DNA from: Thalia democratica
Lineage: Eukaryota
Direction: 5' to 3'
Assembly: GCA_965202585.1 (NCBI GenBank)
Contig: OZ241831.1
Coordinates: 14,632,001 to 14,696,000 of the forward strand
DNA: 64,000 bases
Part shown: piece by piece, positions 51,652 through 64,000 of the stretch
How positions within the stretch are numbered: position 1 is the stretch's first letter
How the letters are laid out: each line of letters begins with the position of its first letter
The notes under the pieces: generated by a model
Database searches by the model: none
Told to the model about the DNA's origin: nothing
Seen by the model: only the letters and a program-made list of their open reading frames with translations
Made by a program: the position numbers and the translations under genes

Positions 51652-52236
51652 TTATTTCTTGCAGCTCTTCTTGGTACTTGCCTTCTTAGATGCTTTTTTG
51701 GCTACCGGCTTCTTCTTGGTTACTTTCTTCTTCTTGCTTGCAGCTTTTTTAGATGCTGCCTTCTTAGGAGCACACTTTTTAGCAGGTCGCTTTTTGGCTG
51801 CTGGTTTTTTCGCTGCCTTCTTGGGAGCACACTTCTTTACTCGTTTCTTTGCTGCGGCCTTCTTTACTGCTGGCTTTTTAGCTACTTTTTTTGTCCTCTT
51901 CTTGGGACCAGCAGCTGGCATTGGAGCAAGCTTGAACGAGCCGGAAGCGCCTTTTCCAGTAGTCTGGAGAAAAGAACCTTTGGTCACGCCGCTGGTAAGT
52001 GCTCTCTTCAAGTGAGAATTAGAAGCTGAGAGGTCAAGCTTGTAGGTGTCCGCGATATATTTTTGTATCTTCTGGCGGGATGTACCTTTTCGTTCCTTCA
52101 TTGCTCCAAGGGCAGAGCTAATCATCTCCCTGTAAGTCGGGTGTTCTGCCTTCTTGGCGCTTGGTCTCTTGGAAGACCTGGCCTTGGCTGCGGCCGCCGC
52201 TGCTACTGCTGGTGCTGCTACTGCTGTGGTAGACAT
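51652..52236 (-). CDS. H1: Histone H1, 194 aa (unit 2)
   Basis: Full-length N-tail; stem-loop at 51619..51634. Confidence 0.98.
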   Translation of the reverse strand: MSTTAVAAPAVAAAAAAKARSSKRPSAKKAEHPTYREMISSALGAMKERKGTSRQKIQKYIADTYKLDLSASNSHLKRALTSGVTKGSFLQTTGKGASGSFKLAPMPAAGPKKRTKKVAKKPAVKKAAAKKRVKKCAPKKAAKKPAAKKRPAKKCAPKKAASKKAASKKKKVTKKKPVAKKASKKASTKKSCKK

Positions 52237-54209
52237 TTTGTATGTATTTTAAAGCAACCGAAACAATACTTTCAGTAGTTACTGACTGTGACGAATTGAC
52301 TGTTGAGCAGTTTTACTTTGTGAGGTACCTTTTACTGATTAATACGAGCATTAGCATGTGAGTTTAAAGCGCACATGCTCATAAAAGCATAGTTATTTTT
52401 TTTACGAACGTCAAAAACATTCCAGTGACAAAGAAACCAGACTTAGCCTGGTCGGAAACAGATTTTTTTTTAAAGCTTAGCTTTAAAGGTCCAGAAAAAC
52501 AGTCTAAAAGTTACAGCACACCTCTGCATTTAATGATATAAACCTCAAATGAAACAAAATATATTACTACACATCCGGTTTAGTTTTCTTCAGCTGCAAA
52601 CTTAAAACTGTAAGATTTTAGACAAGCACAAGTATTTTTTTCCACTTCAAGCTTAAGTTAAGTTTTATTATTTTAATTTCATTCGGTTTTGTCAATTGTA
52701 AAACCCATTAAGTATGTTTAACTTGATTACAACTTTAACTGTGCTGGTTAGTAAAAAGTAATTCATAAACAAACACAAGTATTTAATTTATGATACTTTA
52801 CAAGTCATCATTACTTTAAGTATACTTATATTGAAAATGGCAGTACTAAACCACCTAAAAAAACTTAAGTACATAAGTTTTGAATTTGTTCTTCCACATA
52901 CTAGTAACTTACCTTTTCAAAAATGTTCTGAACAGTAGCCATAAAAAACTTGTTAAAAACTTGTTAAAAAGCTAGAAACTAATGTTTAACAAAGTTTGTT
53001 ATATAAAACAGTCCCAACTAGTTACTAGTATTTCACAGTTAGAAAAATTTGAAACAACTATTTAAAACTATTACACAGTTGTTTAGATTTTTTAACAACG
53101 TTTTATTTGTTATACTCGAAGCTGAACTAAGAATTTTTTTTGCTTTGTAGATTTCATGAAAAGAAAGCGAACAAATGGATTTGATCGTAACTTTCCAAAA
53201 CAAGACGAAATAACTTACACTTAAATGAATATCAGTACTGTTCACTTATGTTCAAAGAAAAGGACCGAAATTTCAATATGAAGTTTAAAAGAGTTGCTTA
53301 TTTTGAGACGAAAAACTTTACTTAAAAAAAGAGGTTAGGCTAACTTTAAAAGTAGTATCAAGTAAGTAACGATCATAAAAAAATATCAATGTTTCATAAC
53401 TAATTTGAAAAACTAGATTGGATAAACTTTTGTTTACATTCAGTACTCATAAACTTGCGATGTGTTTAAGAAAGTCTATTTGACAATCATACAGTTAAAG
53501 TTTATTTTTCTAAAATTTGTTCATCAACTCTCATGAATTGAAACTATATGAGCAACTAAATTAAATCTTGTTCAATGCATATTACAAAACATCATTAAAT
53601 GTTCAAAGCAACAAAAGTACAGTTCAAAAATGACTGCATAATGATAGAAGTGTTTATGTTTACTAAGTGAAGATTTGTTTAAATAAACTTTAATTGATTT
53701 ACTGCTTAAAGTAGTTTCTAAGTGTAATAAAAACTAGATTCATTACAATGTTCTGCACAATTTAGACAGTTGACTAAATGTTTTGCTGTGGTATATTTTA
53801 AAAAAGGTTGTTAAATCAACTCTAACTTGATATAAATGTAATTTCAAAATGTATTCTTTATTCTCAGGTGTTTTGAGCACTTCTGTTGTAACAACAGCAT
53901 TTAAATTTCTAACATGTTAACAATTAGCTAATGTGTTTGTTTGATTTTTGTGTCTTTTCCTTTTAAAACAGGGTATTTACTTATTTGAAAACTGTACATT
54001 GCTTTTGCACTCGTACTATCATAGCTGAACAGTTTTACGAAGCTTACTTTGAAGCAAATAAAAAAAAAAGAATAAGTAAAGGCAAGAAAAACTTAAATTA
54101 TTTGTTAGTTAGAACAAAGTGAGCTCTAAACATAAGAAACACTTAAGCAAATAAGCTACAAGTTTCAGACAGCTCATTGGCTTATAACAACTTTTTATCG
54201 TTTTCGAAC

Positions 54210-54335
54210 GCCTACGACCATACCACACTGAACACACCCCATCTCGTCCGATCTGGGAAGTTAAAAAAGTGTCGGGCTTAAAGGTTAGTACTTAGATGGG
54301 TGACCGCTTGGGAATACTGCGTGCCGTAGGCTTTT
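54210..54335 (+). rRNA. 5S rRNA-like variant gene (unit 2)
   Basis: Same as unit 1 except one C>T (AATACTGCG). Confidence 0.9.
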
Positions 54336-57300
54336 ATTTTCAAGCTCTTGTTTTTTGGATTAATTCTTCATACTTATTATGAAAGTTTCTAGTTTATCTT
54401 AAACATTTTTCAATAATAAATGACACACTAACTAGACTGTCATTTAGTTGTAGACTTATTTTGTCTGTTGCTTTCATTTTGCTATTTATATAAAAGCCAT
54501 AAATTTATTTTTTATAAGCGTTTCGTTCTGCTCTAGACTTTTAACAAATATAACTTGAAATAAACAGTTGCAGTAGTTTTTAGTTTTTGTCTCATACACA
54601 GTCTTCAATAAAGTTACAAAGCTGTTTACTTCTTTTCCTTTGCATAATGTTTCAGCTATTGGTTTTTTTACGCGTCGATGTTTTATGTTAAAAATCCATA
54701 AGCAACTAAGTTTAATAAAACAAGTCTAAGATTTGTAAAAAAAAAATTCAACTTTGCTATTCATGACAGTTGTACTGAAATTGAATGCTTTTTGGTCGTT
54801 TTTTTCTTTAGAACAATCACTGTTGTTTACATTTATTTATACTTTATTGTTTATCTATATTGTTTTAGAAACTACTGGTTTATTAGATTGTAATTGTTAA
54901 TATCCAAAGTTAAGTTTGTTTTATTATAATTTAATGTATTATTTTCATTTAAAATCTAATACTTTTTACAGTGACGTAGAACAGTATTTTTTAAATAAAC
55001 TAAATACTTTTTCAATTTTACAAAAAGAAGTATACAAAATAAGCATAACGGGAATAAGTTTTGTTTAAAGAAAGAAGTTTACAAGAAAGTCTTATGGACA
55101 CAAAAATCAAGTCAGTTGAAGCTTTCTGCGAAACGTATATTTATTTGTAATGTAACAGACTTAAGCAATGGTTTTTAAATGCAACTAGCTCCCTCCTCAA
55201 AAGTAGTTTAAAATGTCATGTAAGAGAACAAAAACAATTGTAAATACAAGTATGTGACAAAAAGTTAAAACAAAAAAGTATAAGCTAGAAGTAAACTGTT
55301 TTATACAAACGTTCTAACTCACCTTTTACCAGCACAAAAAACATTAAGTTTGGTTCGTTTTTGTCGTCTAGTTAGAGCTTGTTTATTGCTGCTTAGTGGA
55401 CATTGATATCTGGTTGAATCAGTTGGTGGTCCTTATCACTTTAGACTTATAACAGAAATAACTATAGACTGTAAAAGTCGTTTTAAGTCATCAAGTTGTC
55501 TCACATATAGTTGTAACAAGTAATACAAATGAGTGGTGACAAGCTGTTACTTCTTTTCCTTTCAGCTTATAAATTAAGTTCTTTCATGTATTCGACTAGT
55601 TAAGCAACCAAAAACAAACTAAATAGATGTCAGCTTTGTAAAATAAAAGTTTTAATGATAAGCTTTCATCAATTATTTCAGCTATTTTTGTTTTGGTAAA
55701 TCGCGTACTTGTTTATAGTGTTGTTTTTCTTTGAACAATCGATGTTGTTTACATTTATGTATTTTAATGTATGATTTTTAAATTACTATGCATGTTTTTA
55801 ATCGTGTTTTAGTTGTAATTAAACTATATTTTTTGTGAAACAATTGTTAACAATTGAAAACATACTTTGTTGATAAACCAAAGCAAGTTTTATTCTTATT
55901 ACTATTTAAGTGTACTATTTTCATTGAAAAATATAACTAGTTTTTAAAGTGACGTAGCGTAACTTTTTTTAATAAGTTAAAAAACAAATAATTATTGAAT
56001 GTTTAAGAAAAGTCCACAAAGTAAGAACGAATAAGATAGAAAAAAAACATATCAAGAAGAAAAAGACATCCAAGTTAGTTAATTATGTTAAGCATTCAAT
56101 TACAGTAGGCAATAAATTAAGGATTATAGCAGTGATCACACTAGTTTACATCGCAAAAGTTAGATCAAAAATAAAGTAAAAGTAGAGAAATCACAGCAAG
56201 CTTAACTGTTCAATTAATAATGGAAAGCGATAAAATATAGTTTGGAAGTAAACAGTGTTGTTCAGAGTTCTTTGATCCTTTATCATCACAAATTAGATTT
56301 AGTATTTAAATCTGTGTCATTGAGTTTAGTACACATTAGAAGCTTGCATCAATGACTGCTGATCCACGTAAGCTTTAGACTCATGGAAAACACAAAGAAA
56401 AAACAAATGTTTTTTGGAGTTGTCTCATATACAGTATAAAAAAGAGATCAAGTTGTTATTTTTTTCTTTTGTATCATGTTTTTATGTGTCGACGTTTTTG
56501 TTTGATAGAGCCACAAACAATTTGAGTTCAACGAAACAAGTTTAAATATTTGTAAATAGAAACATTTCAACTGTACTCTTAAACTATTGTTGTACTGAAA
56601 CTGTATGTTTGTTTTGAACAGTCGCTGTTGTATACATTAATGCATTGTACAACTTTCAATCTGCTTTTTATGGTTTCAGTTGCATTCTAACTAACAAGAC
56701 TAGTATACTTTAAAAATTAAACTTCAGTTTAATTGTTATCTTTGACTAAAGTGTTTTTGATATCAATACAAATTCAAGTTTTCTTCTCATTATAATCAAC
56801 TGAAATTTGAATTTGAAAATTTAACTAATTTTTTCAGTGACATGGTATTATTTTAGATATTTCATTTATAAAACTTATCTTGATATTAAAAAAAAAAATT
56901 GACTGTTTGAAAAACTTGTCCACAAAGTAAGCATGAATAAGAATAAATTTTGTTTAATATACCTATTTAAAAATATTTTTACCTAACATTCAAATACTAG
57001 TAAGAAAGGAAAACAGATAAATATTATCATTTAGAAGTAAAATGTTTAGATACATTAGTAACTGGTTAAATCAGTTGGTGGTCCTTATTATTTTAGATTT
57101 ATAACCAACATAACTTAGAACAAACAATTAGAGTTACTTTAGGTCATCAAGTTGTCTAACACCTAGTCTAAACAAGTAACTTTACCATGAAAATAATAAA
57201 ACAAGCATTTTTTAACCGTGTTTAAGCTAATGAGTTGGTTTGTATCATAGGGTGATGTTTTGGCTTGAAATGATATTTTAAATAAGCTAAATAGATGTCA

Positions 57301-57896
57301 GCCTTGTAGGTGGGAATACTTAAATGTGTTTGAAATTCACTTTTTTATCTTTTGTTCTGAACTTTTATTTCTATTTATATACTTTTAACTTTTTAAAACA
57401 TTTTACATGGTTTTAACTGCATTTAAGTTGATAAAAAGAAGACGTTTAAAAGTTAAACCTTTGTTGTGTTGCTGATAATCAACAACAACTTAAAAATGTA
57501 ACAAAAACTAAGGTTTTTTTGTTATAAGTTGAGTATACGTTACTGTATTATCTTTTTTTTAAACACTTATTTACTGAATGTTTTAACAGAAATTCAACAA
57601 ATGAACAAGAAGTTGTATAGAAAAAAAAAGTTCACGGACAACGTATTGAAGTTAGTTAAATCCTTTTTTACATATACTACTGTTTTTTCAAATTAGACTT
57701 GAGCAATGGTAACCATAAGATTAAAACTTGAAAGTACGACAAATTTTAAATCAAACAACTAAAGTGTTTGATCTTTTAATTCTTATAACAACCAGTTTGT
57801 TTGTACAATTATCAATTTGTGGCTTGTACTTTAAGTAGATATCAATAGCCGGTTTTGTTCAAATGGTGGTCCTAAAAAGGACCGGTTGTTGAGCAT

Positions 57897-58256
57897 TTAT
57901 TTTGAGCTGGTGTACTTGGTAACAGCTTTAGTTCCCTCTGAAACTGCGTGCTTTGACAACTCGCCGGGGAGCAAGAGCCTGACAGCAGTTTGAATTTCGC
58001 GGCTGCTCACAGTTGACCTCTTGTTGTAATGAGCCAAACGTGAAGCCTCTGCTGCAATGCGCTCGAAGATGTCGTTGACAAATGAGTTCATGATTCCCAT
58101 CGCCTTGCTGGAAATTCCGGTGTCGGGGTGCACTTGCTTCAAAACTTTGTACACGTAGATGCCAAAGCTTTCTTTGTGCCTCCTCCTTCGCTTCTTCTTG
58201 CCGTCGACCGGGGTGGTCTTGGCTACTGACTTCTTCGCGCCTTTGGTTGCGGTCAT
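57897..58256 (-). CDS. H2B: Histone H2B (unit 3)
   Basis: Identical protein; stem-loop at 57868..57883. Confidence 0.99.
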   Translation of the reverse strand: MTATKGAKKSVAKTTPVDGKKKRRRRHKESFGIYVYKVLKQVHPDTGISSKAMGIMNSFVNDIFERIAAEASRLAHYNKRSTVSSREIQTAVRLLLPGELSKHAVSEGTKAVTKYTSSK

Positions 58257-58415
58257 GATGATGTGTGAATTTCAGTCTCGGCGCCAGCTTATATACTGAA
58301 AGTTTATGCAAATTAGCATTTCCGTACGCGAACGACAGCCTCTCTCATTTTATGATTCTCTCGTTTGTCGTAGATATTTTTAGGTGGTCCTGAAAAGGAC
58401 CTGGTTTGTTTTAAC

Positions 58416-58796
58416 TTAGGCTGATTTTTTTGAAGCGGTCTTCTTGGGCAATAATACTGCCTGGATGTTTGGAAGAACACCTCCTTGAGCAATAGTGACG
58501 CCGCCGAGAAGTTTGTTCAACTCTTCGTCGTTGCGGATAGCTAGTTGCAAATGGCGGGGAATGATCCTACTTTTCTTGTTGTCACGAGCAGCGTTACCGG
58601 CAAGCTCGAGCACTTCTGCGCTCAAATACTCGAGAACGGCAGCCAGATAAACTGGAGCACCAGCTCCGACTCTTTGGCTGTAGTTGCCAGTGCGCAACAG
58701 GCGGTGCACGCGACCGACTGGAAACTGCAGTCCTGCACGAGAAGACCTGCTCTTCGGCTTAGATTTGAGTTTTGATCCTTTACCACGTCCCGACAT
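58416..58796 (-). CDS. H2A: Histone H2A (unit 3)
   Basis: Identical protein; stem-loop at 58386..58401. Confidence 0.99.
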   Translation of the reverse strand: MSGRGKGSKLKSKPKSRSSRAGLQFPVGRVHRLLRTGNYSQRVGAGAPVYLAAVLEYLSAEVLELAGNAARDNKKSRIIPRHLQLAIRNDEELNKLLGGVTIAQGGVLPNIQAVLLPKKTASKKSA

Positions 58797-58990
58797 CTTG
58801 TTGTTCGAATGATTGTGCCAAGATGCTCGCACAGCTCTGTATAAAACTCAAACCTAACCGCGTCGAACGAACAACTAATTTGCATATGTCGTAGCTGCTC
58901 TTTAATCTTGTCAAAATGTTTGTTCAGCAGTGTTGAAGAAATTTGATTTTGAAATGGGTGGTCCTAAAAAGGACCGAGTTTGCTAAATGT

Positions 58991-59335
<345 letters not shown>

Positions 59336-59483
59336 TTATTTATAAGCTGTTACGGACGCGTACGGTTACTAATTTGCATACTCAGAAAAGTCTCTAACTT
59401 ACATTCTTTCGTTTGGTTTATTTTTTCTCACTATCAAACAAAGTTTAAAAGTGGCCCTGAAAAGGACCGGTTTTAGCTAATGC

Positions 59484-60020
<537 letters not shown>

Positions 60021-60081
60021 TCATGTTTTGTTAATATTTTGATTGAGTGGTCCTGAAAAGGACCTTGGGTAAAAGAACAAC

Positions 60082-60666
60082 TTATTTTTTACAGCTCTTC
60101 TTGGTACTTGCCTTCTTAGATGCTTTTTTGGCTACCGGCTTCTTCTTGGTTACTTTCTTCTTCTTGCTTGCAGCTTTTTTAGATGCTGCCTTCTTAGGAG
60201 CACACTTTTTAGCAGGTCGCTTTTTGGCTGCTGGTTTTTTCGCTGCCTTCTTGGGAGCACACTTCTTTACTCGTTTCTTTGCTGCGGCCTTCTTTACTGC
60301 TGGCTTTTTAGCTACTTTTTTTGTCCTCTTCTTGGGACCAGCAGCTGGCATTGGAGCAAGCTTGAACGAGCCGGAAGCGCCTTTTCCAGTAGTCTGGAGA
60401 AAAGAACCTTTGGTCACGCCGCTGGTAAGTGCTCTCTTCAAGTGAGAATTAGAAGCTGAGAGGTCAAGCTTGTAGGTGTCCGCGATATATTTTTGTATCT
60501 TCTGGCGGGATGTACCTTTTCGTTCCTTCATTGCTCCCAGGGCAGAGCTAATCATCTCCCTGTAAGTCGGGTGTTCTGCCTTCTTGGCGCTTGGTCTCTT
60601 GGAAGACCTGGCCTTGGCTGCGGCCGCCGCTGCTACTGCTGGTGCTACTACTGCTGTGGTAGACAT
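60082..60666 (-). CDS. H1: Histone H1, 194 aa (unit 3)
   Basis: One Ala>Val in the N-tail (MSTTAVVAP); stem-loop at 60049..60064. Confidence 0.98.
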   Translation of the reverse strand: MSTTAVVAPAVAAAAAAKARSSKRPSAKKAEHPTYREMISSALGAMKERKGTSRQKIQKYIADTYKLDLSASNSHLKRALTSGVTKGSFLQTTGKGASGSFKLAPMPAAGPKKRTKKVAKKPAVKKAAAKKRVKKCAPKKAAKKPAAKKRPAKKCAPKKAASKKAASKKKKVTKKKPVAKKASKKASTKKSCKK

Positions 60667-62623
60667 TTTGTATGTATTTTAAAGCAACCGAAACAATACT
60701 TTCAGTAGTTACTGACTGTGACGAATTGACTGTTGAGCAGTTTTACTTTGTGAAGTACCTTTTACTGATTAATACGAGCATTAGGATGTGAGTTTAAAGC
60801 GCATATGCTCATAAAAGCATAGTTATTTTTTTACGAACGTCAAAAACATTCCAGTGACAAAGAAACCAGACTTAGCCTGGTCGGAAACAGAGTTTTTTTT
60901 AAAGCTTAGCTTTAAAGGTCCAGAAAAACAGTCTAAAAGTTACAGCACACCTCTGCATTTAATGATATAAACCTCAAATGAAACAAAATATATTACTACA
61001 CATCCGGTTTAGTTTTCTTCAGCTGCAAACTTAAAACTGTAAGATTTTAGACAAGCACAAGTATTTTTTTCCACTTCAAGCTTAAGTTAAGTTTTATTAT
61101 TTTAATTTCATTCGGTTTTGTCAATTGTAAAACCCATGAAGTATGTTTAACTTGATTACAACTTTAACTGTGCTGGTTAGTAAAAAGTAATTCATAAACA
61201 AACACAAGTATTTAATTTATGATACTTTACAAGTTATCATTACTTTAAGTATACTTATATTCAAAATGGCAGTACTAAACCACATAAAAAAACTTAAGTA
61301 CATAAGTTTTGAATTTGTTCTTCCACATACTAGTAACTTACCTTTTCAAAAATGTTCTGAACAGTAGCCATACAAAACTTGTTAAAAAGCTAGAAACTAA
61401 TGTTTAACAAAGTTTGTTATATAAAACAGTCCCAACTAGTTACTAGTATTTCACAGTAAGAAAAATTTGAAACAACTTTTTAAAACTATTACACAGTTGT
61501 TTTGATTTTTTAACAACGTTTTATTTGTTATACTCGAAGCTGAACTAAGAACTTTTTCTTTGTAGATTTCATGAAAAGAAAGCGAACAAATGGATTTGAT
61601 CGTAACTTTCCAAAACAAGACGAAATAACTTACACTTAAATGAATATCAGTACTGTTCACTTATGTTCAAAGAAAAAGACCGAAATTTCAATATGAAGTT
61701 TAAAAGAGTTGCTTATTTTGAGACGAAAAACTTTACTTAAAAAAAGAGGTTAGGCTAATTTTAAAAGTAGTATCAAGTAAGTAACGATCATAAAAAAATA
61801 TCAATGTTTCATAACTAATTTGAAAAACTAGATTGGATAAACTTTTGTTTACATTCAGTACTCATAAACTTGCGATGTGTTTAAGAAAGTCTATTTGACA
61901 ATCATACAGTTAAAGTTTATTTTTCTAAAATTTGTTCATCAACTCTCATGAATTGAAACTATATGAGCAACTAAATTAAATCTTGTTCAATGCATATTAC
62001 AAAACATCATTAAATGTTCAAAGCAACAAAATTACAGTTCAAAAATGACTGCATAAAAATTGAAGTGTTTATGTTTACTAAGTGAAGATTTGTTTAAATA
62101 AACTTTAATTGATTTACTGCTTAAAGTAGTTTCTAAGTGTAATAAAAACTAGATTCATTACAATGTTCTGCACAATTTAGACAGTTGACTAAATGTTTTG
62201 CTGTGGTATATTTTAAAAAAGGTTGTTAAATCAACTCTAACTTGATATAAATGTAATTTCAAAATGTATTCTTTATTCTCAGGTGTTTTGAGCACTTCTG
62301 TTGTAACAACAGCATTTAAATTTCTAACATGTTAACAATTAGCTAATGTGTTTGTTTGATTTTTGTGTCTTTTCCTTTTAAAACAGGGTATTTACTTATT
62401 TGAAAACTGTACATTGCTTAAGCACTCGTACTATCATAGCTGAACAGTTTTACGAAGCTTACGTTGAAGCAAATAAAAAAAAAGAATAGGTAAAGGCAAG
62501 AAAAACTTAAATTATTTGTTAGTTAGAACAAAGTGAGCTCTAAACATAAGAAACACTTAAGCAAATAAGCTACAAGTTTCAGACAGCTCATTGGTTTATA
62601 ACAACTTTTTATCGTTTTCGAAC

Positions 62624-62749
62624 GCCTACGACCATACCACACTGAACACACCCCATCTCGTCCGATCTGGGAAGTTAAAAAAGTGTCGGGCTTAAAGGTT
62701 AGTACTTAGATGGGTGACCGCTTGGGAATACCGCGTGCCGTAGGCTTTT
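62624..62749 (+). rRNA. 5S rRNA-like variant gene (unit 3)
   Basis: Sequence as in unit 1, with TTTT terminator. Confidence 0.9.
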
Positions 62750-64000
62750 ATTTTCAAGCTCTTGTTTGTTGGATTAATTCTTCATACTTATTATGAAAGT
62801 TTCTAGTTTATCTTAAACATTTTTCAATAATAAATGACACACTAACTATACTGTCATTTAGTTGTAGACTTATTTTGTCTGTTGCTTTCATTTTGCTATT
62901 TATATAAAAGCCATAACTTTATTTTTTATAAGCGTTTCGTTCTGCTCTAGACTTTTAACAAATATAACTTGAAATAAACAGTTGCAGTAGTTTTTAGTTA
63001 TCAAGTTGTCTCATACACAGTCTTCAATAAAGTTACAAAGCTGTTTACTTCTTTTCCTTTGCATAATGTTTCAGCTATTGGTTTTTTTACGCGTTGATGT
63101 TTTATGTTAAAAATCCATAAGCAACTAAGTTTAATAAAACAAGTCTAAGATTTGTAAAAAAAAAATTCAACTTTGCTATTCATGACAGTTGTACTGAAAT
63201 TGAATATTTTTTGGTCGTTTTTTTTCTTTAGAACAATCACTGTTGTTTACATTTATTTATTTTTGAAAATACATTTTGATAAGCATGATCAGTATAATTT
63301 TCATGAATAAACCTCTACTGTTCAAGTATTTTTAAAAATAATACGAAATTTATTAAAACTAACTGTTTTATTTTCATTCCATAATGAAATTACTTTTTAT
63401 AGTGACGTAGAACAAGTTTTAAAAATTAAGTTTAGTATTTACTAAATTAAAAAAAAAGTCTACGAAGTAAGCATAATTGAGAATTTTTTTTTGTCTAAAT
63501 AAAGAAGTTAACAAGAAAAAGCCTTTGGACAACACGTTTAAGTTAGTTGAAGCTTTTTATGAAACATCAAATTACAACTAGTTAACAAAACTTATTCCAC
63601 GATTTAGGCAATACTTTCAAAACATAACTAGCTCTCTTATTAAAAGTTGCTTAGAATGTCCAGTAAAAGTACAAAGGCAATAGTAAGTATGCATAACTAG
63701 GTGACAAAAGAAAAGACAGAAAAAATATTATTTAGAAGTAAAATGGGTCATTCAACTAGCTCTAACTCTTACTTTTGATCTTTACCACCACAAAGTTGGT
63801 TGAGTTGCACATTTTTGTTGTTTAGTTAAAGCTTGTTTAACACTGCTTAGTAGACTTTAAAGCTGGTTAAATAAACTGGTTGTCCTGATTACATTAGATT
63901 AACTTGATAAAGCTATAAGCAATGCTAGATCAACTAAAAGATGTAAGCTTTTTAAAGTTATAGATTCGAAATGTTCTGTTTCGTTCATGTTGTGATGCAT

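Overview
Strongly AT-rich metazoan genomic DNA. A tunicate-like origin is only an impression from the GPCR style and the GTTAGT/GTTTGT splice donors. The left ~35 kb is transposon-rich. It holds a hAT element with an intact 8-bp TSD, two Penelope-like insertions with inverted pLTRs and hammerhead-like cores, and several MITE families. It also holds three spliced genes rebuilt by hand: a 3-exon Skp1/POZ-like gene (+), a 6-exon TMEM41B-like gene (-), and a 2-exon class A GPCR with a signal peptide and an 8-Cys ectodomain (-). The right ~29 kb is the start of a tandem replication-dependent histone array with three complete units (periods 9183 and ~8430 bp). All five genes lie on the - strand in the transcriptional order H1-H3-H4-H2A-H2B, each with a 3' stem-loop. 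Each unit also carries a structurally aberrant 5S rRNA-like gene on the + strand and a spacer built from ~1-kb modules that look like fossil protein-coding sequence. A rearranged, partly inverted pseudogene unit (35.2-38.2 kb) marks the array edge. All alignments and translations were done by eye; no database searches were run.
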